Origin: Minisyncoccota bacterium | GTDB taxonomy: Bacteria > Patescibacteriota > Minisyncoccia > Phycocordibacterales > WO2-35-19 | Reading direction: 5' to 3' | DNA: 64,000 nucleotides | Assembly: GCA_041664625.1 (NCBI GenBank) | Contig: JBAYKK010000001.1 | Coordinates: 1,956 to 65,955 of the forward strand | In this document: positions 58,189 through 64,000 of the stretch, one piece after another | Layout: each line of letters opens with the position of its first letter | Position numbering within the stretch: position 1 is the stretch's first letter | Position numbers and translations under genes: made by a program | Notes under the pieces: model-generated | What the model was told of the DNA's origin: nothing | Database searches by the model: none | Seen by the model: only the letters and a program-made list of their open reading frames with translations

Positions 58189-58383
58189 AAAATGTCAAAG
58201 GTGCCCTTTGACATTTGGAGATGTGTTGTAATTTTTCTCTGATCATCCCACATCTGGCCGATCGGCCAAATAGGGGGTGAAAACAGTTAAGGGAGATTTG
58301 TTTTTTTAATATTTAAAAAAAGAAAGCCCTGCACGATGGCGCGGGGCCAATCTTGCGGGGCTGGGGGAGGAAGAACAGATGTT

Positions 58384-58851
58384 TTACTCGTTTGCGATAC
58401 GAGCTCGTACATGATCGTACGAATATTTGATGTCCCAAGAATCCAAACGGAAGCCACCATCAACTTCCTTACGAAATGCAATGCCTGCCACCGAAAGTCC
58501 TTTTGGGTCTTGGGGACCACCGGCACAGAGAGTTACACTCTGATGGTCAAGGTGATTCCCGTTTGAAGCTTCGTTGTATTGAAGTTCAAGTATGAGTCGC
58601 TCGCGAAGTGTGATGCAACGGTCTAGTAGACTCTTCTCTTTCAAGTTTTCCACCGAAAGATTTTTGTATTCTTCGTCGCTTTCGATGTTGGGAACGAAGG
58701 TTCTTTCTGTTACAGAGGATGGTTGAGGGAATATCTCATCCAACATATCCCATTCCCAATAACTACTAAACGGGTAATCTCTAAGCATCAACTCCCATGC
58801 AAGTTCTGAAGTCTTGGGTTTTTCAGGGCCGTCTGAGACTACATTCCACAT
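58384..58851 (-). CDS. Orphan hypothetical protein
   Basis: TTGACA-16-TATACT, AAGGAG RBS, hairpin at about 58325-58347. Confidence 0.6.
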   Translation of the reverse strand: MWNVVSDGPEKPKTSELAWELMLRDYPFSSYWEWDMLDEIFPQPSSVTERTFVPNIESDEEYKNLSVENLKEKSLLDRCITLRERLILELQYNEASNGNHLDHQSVTLCAGGPQDPKGLSVAGIAFRKEVDGGFRLDSWDIKYSYDHVRARIANE

Positions 58852-58919
58852 TGATTTTAACTCCTTTATTCTGCCATAAGTATAGCACAATCACAGAATT
58901 TGTCAAGCAGATTTAGATT

Positions 58920-60035
58920 TTATTTAGCTAGTTCTTTGGCACGGGCGGCGAGGTTACCAATGAGCACAGTTTCTTGAGCGCGAGTAGAAGTATTCCTGAT
59001 CACCACTGAATTGTCTAAAGCTTCTTTTTGACCGATCAAAATAATGTAAGGGGCCTCCGAATTTTCTGCAGTAGTCATCTGCCCACCCAATTTATCTTTG
59101 GCGATGGTATGCACGACGTTGACGCCGGCTTTATAAAGTTCTTTCAAAATCAAAAAACTTTTTAATTTGGCTTCGGGACCAAACTGGATCAAATAAAACT
59201 GCGGTTTAGTATTTTTGACTTTAACTTTCTTTAAACTCTTTTTTGCTTTGTCCGCCGTAGTTTTAGCGGAGGATGGAAGTTTAGCTGAAATATCTAATAT
59301 GGTGGCGGGTAAATCTTTTTTGCAACCCAATTTTTTGGCCAATCTATTGAAACGGAAACCATAAGCTAGTTCCTCACCGTCATTTTTAATAGCAAATACC
59401 GTTTCTGAACCGATATCCAAATCACCGACTAAATGCGGATTGATCTGATAAGGGATATCCAAAACTTCCAAAAATTCGATTACTTCTTTGAAATGTAAAC
59501 GACTGGTTTCTGATAAAAAATCAATAGATTTTGGACATTCTGTATCAAAATTTGCGCACTCATCTTTTTTTTCTTTGAAAATCGCGCACAAATCTTTTTT
59601 GACGGCTTGTCTCAAATTGGCTGAAAACGAATTGATATTTTTGCGGACGAATACAGCCAGTTTTTTTTGGAACTCATTCATGGACTCTTTGTCGCCGATA
59701 GAATTGATTTCAACTTCTAAATTTTTGTAGCCTAGACTGTTTAATATGGTGATGCCGGTTTCTATAGAAAGACATTCGCAGATACTTTTGGAAGAACCTA
59801 ACGAAACGATAGAGCAATCAAGTTTGGAAGCTTTGTGAGATTTTTCACAATAAAACATATTTGGTTGAGGCGATGCCATCATTCTTTCTTCAAAATATAT
59901 ACGGATGAAAGCTTCTTTGAGGCCCTCCTTTTCTAAATTGGGAGCGATAATAGGTTTGAAACCATAAAATTTGGCTATTTTACCGACTTCATTTATTTCT
60001 TTGACCGATCGGTCTGGGATTGGTTTTTGTTCCAT
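58920..60035 (-). CDS. Degenerate histidyl-tRNA synthetase-like protein with class IIa anticodon-binding domain
   Basis: YGF, INSIG, IPY.INPHLV, TVF, C-terminal IILIGQKE....V.IRN. Confidence 0.65.
   Translation of the reverse strand: MEQKPIPDRSVKEINEVGKIAKFYGFKPIIAPNLEKEGLKEAFIRIYFEERMMASPQPNMFYCEKSHKASKLDCSIVSLGSSKSICECLSIETGITILNSLGYKNLEVEINSIGDKESMNEFQKKLAVFVRKNINSFSANLRQAVKKDLCAIFKEKKDECANFDTECPKSIDFLSETSRLHFKEVIEFLEVLDIPYQINPHLVGDLDIGSETVFAIKNDGEELAYGFRFNRLAKKLGCKKDLPATILDISAKLPSSAKTTADKAKKSLKKVKVKNTKPQFYLIQFGPEAKLKSFLILKELYKAGVNVVHTIAKDKLGGQMTTAENSEAPYIILIGQKEALDNSVVIRNTSTRAQETVLIGNLAARAKELAK
59248..59273 (-). repeat. Family B palindrome in frame within the hisS-like gene (SSAKTTADK)
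   Basis: TTGTCCGCCGTAGTTTTAGCGGAGGA. Confidence 0.7.
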
Positions 60036-60039
60036 AATT

Positions 60040-60594
60040 TTAAAATAGGCCGGGCCAAAATGCTATTTGGTTTAATGGTAAAAGTCGGACGATTGGCCTG
60101 CCTATAATGTATTTTCTAGGTACTGGGCCCCATATCCGAGAATCAGAACTACCAGCTCGGTTGTCACCCATGACGAAATATTCATCTGTGCCTAATTTTA
60201 TAGAAAAATTATCATATTTTGGGTAAACGACATAAGGCTCATTTAATTTGATGCCGTCTTTGTTTTGATTATTATATATAGTGACTACGCCTTTTTTGAT
60301 ATCGACGGTTTCTCCGGGGAAACCAATCATCCTTTTTATAAAAAATTTTGAAGGATCTTTGGGGTATCTTATAATGACTACCGATTCTCTTTTGGGTTCT
60401 TCAAATCTTTTGGAGAGTTGATCCACGATGAGGTAATCAGCATCTTTGAAAGTCGGATCCATAGACAAACCAGATACAATATAAGGTTGAGCTATAAAGA
60501 TACGGAAAGGCACCACTATGAGCAAAGCGATGATGGCATATCTCACGAATTCCCAAATAGAGCTTGGCTTTTTAATTTGAATTTCTTCATTCAT
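60040..60594 (-). CDS. lepB: Signal peptidase I
   Basis: SGLSMDPT, IKRMIGFPGE, MGDNR..SSDSR.WG. Confidence 0.95.
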   Translation of the reverse strand: MNEEIQIKKPSSIWEFVRYAIIALLIVVPFRIFIAQPYIVSGLSMDPTFKDADYLIVDQLSKRFEEPKRESVVIIRYPKDPSKFFIKRMIGFPGETVDIKKGVVTIYNNQNKDGIKLNEPYVVYPKYDNFSIKLGTDEYFVMGDNRAGSSDSRIWGPVPRKYIIGRPIVRLLPLNQIAFWPGLF

Positions 60595-60633
60595 TCTGCC
60601 ATTTTATTATATAAATCTCTTTAACACAAATTT

Positions 60634-60723
60634 TGAATTATGAAGCAAGAATTATGAATTATGCAAGTCATTATTTTTTGTGTATTATTATTCCATGATT
60701 CATTATTCATAATTCTTAATTCA
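60634..60723. repeat. Inverted heptamer (GAATTAT/ATAATTC) arrays with no gene between them
   Basis: GAATTATGAAGCAAGAATTATGAATTATG ... CATGATTCATTATTCATAATTCTTAATTC. Confidence 0.7.
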
Positions 60724-61358
60724 TGTTCTATATCGTAGGTTTGGGCAATCCTGGAGAAGAATATATAAATACTCGACACAACACTGGACGTATGGCGATT
60801 TTGAAATTGGCCAAAGACTTGGAGGCTCCAGAATTTGTTTTTAACAAAAAAGCCAACGCTTTAATTTCTGAAACCAAAATAGGAAAAGAAAAATTAACTT
60901 TAATTTTGCCCGAAACCTTCATGAACAAATCTGGCAACGCAGTTTCTTATTTTGTTAAGCCTTTGGTTAAAGTCAAAGCCGCCTCCGCCAAAGCTACGTC
61001 GAGCCAAAGGAAAGGTTTAGAAAATTTGATAGTTGTACATGATGATTTGGATTTGCCACTAGAAACTTTAAAAATTTCTTACAATAAAGGTGTGGGGGGG
61101 CATAGAGGACTCGATTCAGTCAGAAAAGCGGTTAAAACTTTAGAGTTTGTGAGAGTGCGTATCGGCATCTCACCTGCAACTAGCAAAGGCCGAGCCAAAA
61201 AACCAGAAGGGGAGCAAAAAGTCTTGGATTTTATTTTAGGTAAATTCAAACCAACCGAAACGGATACGATGAAAAAGATTTTTAAAAAAAGTAGCGAAGC
61301 TATGCAATCAATAATCGCAGATGGTCGCGATAGGGCTATGAATGTTTACAATTCTTAA
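60723..61358 (+). CDS. pth: Peptidyl-tRNA hydrolase
   Basis: GLGNPG..Y..TRHN.G, FMNKSG, HDDLD, GGH.G. Confidence 0.95.
   Translation: MFYIVGLGNPGEEYINTRHNTGRMAILKLAKDLEAPEFVFNKKANALISETKIGKEKLTLILPETFMNKSGNAVSYFVKPLVKVKAASAKATSSQRKGLENLIVVHDDLDLPLETLKISYNKGVGGHRGLDSVRKAVKTLEFVRVRIGISPATSKGRAKKPEGEQKVLDFILGKFKPTETDTMKKIFKKSSEAMQSIIADGRDRAMNVYNS
60979..61007 (+). repeat. Family B palindrome in frame within pth (AASAKATSSQ)
   Basis: CCGCCTCCGCCAAAGCTACGTCGAGCCAA. Confidence 0.6.
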
Positions 61359-61397
61359 TTTAAGAGCCGGAGGATTTCATGTCCTCCGGCCCCTGGC

Positions 61398-61691
61398 TTA
61401 TCGACCATGCATCACAATGATGTTGGTCAGTCCTTGCAGGCTCGTTTTCCAATGCACGCAGTAGCCAGCGGCATTGTAAAGTCGTTGAAGCAAATCATGA
61501 ACTTCATGGGGGATCTTCTCCCTCGGAGAAAAAACTTGCAGTCCGTGGTCCGTGTTGAACCAGCCATTGATGGTTAAGGCTTCGTCAATAATTTTCTCAC
61601 CTTCTTCTATCTTTTGTATGATAGTTGAAGGTTGCTGTGAGATAGTTTTTTTCACCACCTTCAAAGCCCGGTCTTGATTCGTGAGTGCCAT
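61398..61691 (-). CDS. Orphan hypothetical protein
   Basis: GAAGGAG RBS; terminator GCCGGAGGA-tttcatg-TCCTCCGGC at 61366-61390. Confidence 0.55.
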   Translation of the reverse strand: MALTNQDRALKVVKKTISQQPSTIIQKIEEGEKIIDEALTINGWFNTDHGLQVFSPREKIPHEVHDLLQRLYNAAGYCVHWKTSLQGLTNIIVMHGR

Positions 61692-61718
61692 AAGAACTCC
61701 TTCCTCAAAAAATATACT

Positions 61719-62810
61719 CTATTTTTCTATAAAACTCAAAGCCATCTTTTGGTCTTTAGGATCAAAGACGTTGATTTTGAAATTGTAAGTTTTGCCGAGT
61801 TCTAGTTTCTCGCGGAGTTTGTCTTCGGTACCAAATTCAGAAACATGAACCAAACCAGCTACTCCTTCTTCGATAGAAGCCAAAGCGCCGTGTTTGTTGA
61901 ATTTGATAACTACCCCAGTCACGATGTCATCTTTTTTGTATTTTTTGGAAGCTTCAGTCCAAGGGTTATCCCTCAAAGCTTTGATAGAAAGGGAAATTTT
62001 ACCATCTTTGACTTCTATCACTTTTACTTTGATTTTATCTCCGACTTTAGCAAATTTGTGTGGGTCATCTACCAAGCCCCAATCGATTTCTGAAATATGA
62101 ACTAATCCCTCCAAACCTTCTTCTATTTTGACAAAGATACCGAAGTCTACGATACCTGTGACATCACCCATCAATTCATCACCCAAGACATATTTGTCTA
62201 TGATTTTGCCTTTTTCGTCGCTGTTTGGATCTTTTTCAGAGAAAATCAGTTTACCTTCTTTGGCGTTTACACCAATGATTGCTACTGATATCTTTTGGCC
62301 GACTAATTTGCGTAATTCTTCAAGTATTTTGTCTTTGTCGCCATCAGCGATACGAGGGTAGTGCTCGGTTTTCAATTGAGAAGCTGGCAAAAATCCGGTG
62401 ATGCCTTGCCATATCATCATGAGACCACCTTTGTTGGCTTCTTTGACTGGTAATTCAAATACTTTTTTGTCTCTGATAGCTTCTTCGGCGTCGCTCCAGA
62501 TCAAAGCTTGTTTAGCTTCTTTCAATGAAATTTCTATATAACCTTCTTTGTTGTCATTGCCGACTATTTTACCAGTGATTTTGTCACCAATATTTATTTT
62601 TTTTATTAAATCACGAGCGTTGATGTATTCTTTACCAAAAATCACCCCAGTACCCCAAGGTGCTAAATCTACGAATATAGAATTTTTAGCAATCGCGATG
62701 ACGGTCCCGTCTACGATCGCTTCTTTGATCGGTGGCAAAACAGAATTATCCAAAAATTTGGACATTTTGCTTTCTTTTACTACTTCGCCTTCAATAATTT
62801 TTTTAACCAT
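61719..62810 (-). CDS. rpsA: 30S ribosomal protein S1
   Basis: Four S1 repeats, GFLPASQL, GLVHISE, SLSIK. Confidence 0.9.
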   Translation of the reverse strand: MVKKIIEGEVVKESKMSKFLDNSVLPPIKEAIVDGTVIAIAKNSIFVDLAPWGTGVIFGKEYINARDLIKKINIGDKITGKIVGNDNKEGYIEISLKEAKQALIWSDAEEAIRDKKVFELPVKEANKGGLMMIWQGITGFLPASQLKTEHYPRIADGDKDKILEELRKLVGQKISVAIIGVNAKEGKLIFSEKDPNSDEKGKIIDKYVLGDELMGDVTGIVDFGIFVKIEEGLEGLVHISEIDWGLVDDPHKFAKVGDKIKVKVIEVKDGKISLSIKALRDNPWTEASKKYKKDDIVTGVVIKFNKHGALASIEEGVAGLVHVSEFGTEDKLREKLELGKTYNFKINVFDPKDQKMALSFIEK

Positions 62811-62846
62811 ACAATGAAAAAACCGCAAGCTTTTCTACATATCTGG

Positions 62847-62876
62847 CTTGCCCGCCGTAACTTCAGTGAAGGCTGG
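62847..62876 (-). repeat. Family B palindrome in the rpsA leader
   Basis: CTTGCCCGCCGTAACTTCAGTGAAGGCTGG. Confidence 0.65.
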
Positions 62877-63090
62877 GCCATTTCGGTATTGTAGAAGGTT
62901 AGACTTCGGATTTCTTCTAATAATGCTCAAGTTGAGCCCACCCATATTAACACCTTGACTTTTAGAACGCAAGGGTATATACTTATAGGGTAAGTGTTAA
63001 GTTCTATTTGTTTGTTTTGTGGCTTTAAACCCAAACGAGCAAGCGGAACTCGCTTGGTCGTTTAATCGCAATGTAATTTAAAGCAACGCA

Positions 63091-63372
63091 ATGAAAAAGC
63101 TTTTCGTAGGCAACTTGCCATACAAAGCCACCGATGCCGATTTGAGAGACATGTTCTCTAAAAACGGTGAAGTCACCGAAGCTGTCGTTATTATGGACAG
63201 AGAAAGAGGTGTCTCCAAAGGTTTTGGTTTTGTAACTATGACAAATGATGCCGAGGCAAATGCCGCTATCGATGCTTGGAATGGTAAAGACGTTGAAGGT
63301 AGAGCTCTCACAGTAAATGAAGCTCGCCCTCAAGAAGCTCGACCTCCTCGTAGAGATTCTTTCCGAAGATAA
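63091..63372 (+). CDS. RRM RNA-binding protein
   Basis: KLFVGNL, KGFGFV, VNEARP. Confidence 0.95.
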   Translation: MKKLFVGNLPYKATDADLRDMFSKNGEVTEAVVIMDRERGVSKGFGFVTMTNDAEANAAIDAWNGKDVEGRALTVNEARPQEARPPRRDSFRR

Positions 63373-63397
63373 AGTGCTCCGCATTTTGTTCCGGAAT

Positions 63398-63431
63398 AAC
63401 AAAAAACCACTCACTCGAGTGGTTTTTTGTT
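63398..63431. terminator. Intrinsic terminator
   Basis: AACAAAAAACCACTC-actc-GAGTGGTTTTTTGTT. Confidence 0.8.
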
Positions 63432-63433
63432 TA

Positions 63434-63459
63434 TCCCTAGAAGCTTTAGCGGAGGAGGG
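63434..63459 (-). repeat. Family B palindrome upstream of the DUF192 gene
   Basis: TCCCTAGAAGCTTTAGCGGAGGAGGG. Confidence 0.6.
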
Positions 63460-63472
63460 TTATAATGATGTA

Positions 63473-63949
63473 GTGAAAAAAAATATTTTTATACTAATGA
63501 TAGTTTTTGTGGGTATTTTGGTAGTTTTGGTTATAAAAAATCAAAAAATAGAGCCAAATGAGCAAAAAGTAAGCATAGAAAGCGTTAAAACTTTAAAAAT
63601 AGGTGATGCGACATTAAATATTGAAGTGGCTGATACTGATGCAAAAAGAGTGCAGGGCCTTTCGGGCAAGGTGGGGTTAGCCCAAAATGAAGCAATGCTC
63701 TTTGTTTTTGATGCAGAAGGTTACCACAGCATTTGGATGAAAGACATGAATTTTGCTATCGATATAGTTTGGTTAAATAAGGATAAAAAAATAATTTACA
63801 TAGAAAAAAATGTCTCGCCAGACACTTATCCCAAAGTTTTTTATGCCAAAAAGGCAGACCTGCCGATTTTAAGTTTTTATGTTTTGGAAACTCCATCAGG
63901 ATTTTTGGCGGAAAATAACATCCAAATCGGGGACATTGTTGCTTTTTGA
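63473..63949 (+). CDS. DUF192 domain protein
   Basis: EVADT...R..GL, MLFVF, WMKDM.F.IDI, YVLE. Confidence 0.88.
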   Translation: MKKNIFILMIVFVGILVVLVIKNQKIEPNEQKVSIESVKTLKIGDATLNIEVADTDAKRVQGLSGKVGLAQNEAMLFVFDAEGYHSIWMKDMNFAIDIVWLNKDKKIIYIEKNVSPDTYPKVFYAKKADLPILSFYVLETPSGFLAENNIQIGDIVAF

Positions 63950-64000
63950 TTTGTTATGTTTTGAACTGATATTTTTGAAACTTATCCACAGTTTTTTTGA

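Noticed and set aside
2850-61691. Integron cassette array explaining the orphan genes
   Set aside because: No integron integrase, no attC-like RYYYAAC/GTTRRRY sites noticed, and the genes are dispersed.
63033-63063. Hairpin in the RRM gene leader as a riboswitch
   Set aside because: Single imperfect stem with no second copy or recognisable motif.
21156-63992. DnaA-box-like TTATCCACA near 21157, 39612 and 63983
   Set aside because: Isolated single copies with no cluster or dnaA gene; not an origin on this evidence.
1-64000. CRISPR array or cas genes
   Set aside because: No regularly spaced identical repeats with unique spacers; the repeats present are dispersed hairpins or short tandem units.
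1-64000. Stop-codon recoding (code 25)
   Set aside because: Core genes are full length in the standard code and TGA ends genes (e.g. 42000, 63949).

Overview
AT-rich bacterial chromosome segment in the standard code (TGA used as stop). Gene content and the mostly leaderless or SD-less core genes look like a Patescibacteria/CPR (Parcubacteria-type) genome; this assignment is an inference. Core genes include a VirD4/HerA-like ATPase, tgt, truB, rmuC, rplU, recR, dnaB, htpX, trxB, ftsZ, ftsA, ybeY, a bS21-like gene, a degenerate hisS-like gene, lepB, pth and rpsA. There are three tRNAs (Ser-GGA, Val-CAC, Val-GAC). A large serine-recombinase island begins at tRNA-Ser and carries a ~15 kb copper/thiol-redox cargo, two DNA methyltransferases and an ImmA/ImmR-like pair. 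The most striking unexplained layer is several families of short palindromic or tandem repeats. Three of them sit beside or bracket a small stand-alone nuclease gene (DUF559, GxxExxY, GIY-YIG). Two of these families also have orphan copies across the window, and repeat-like hairpins sit in frame inside seven housekeeping genes. Also noted: a covarying two-hairpin 5' leader shared by two genes, a promoter-driven ORF-less structured RNA candidate, about a dozen self-contained orphan expression cassettes, a LAGLIDADG-like ORF reading into tRNA-Ser, and an atypical tRNA-Val abutting a prenyltransferase-fold gene. All family calls come from motif recognition by eye; no searches were run.
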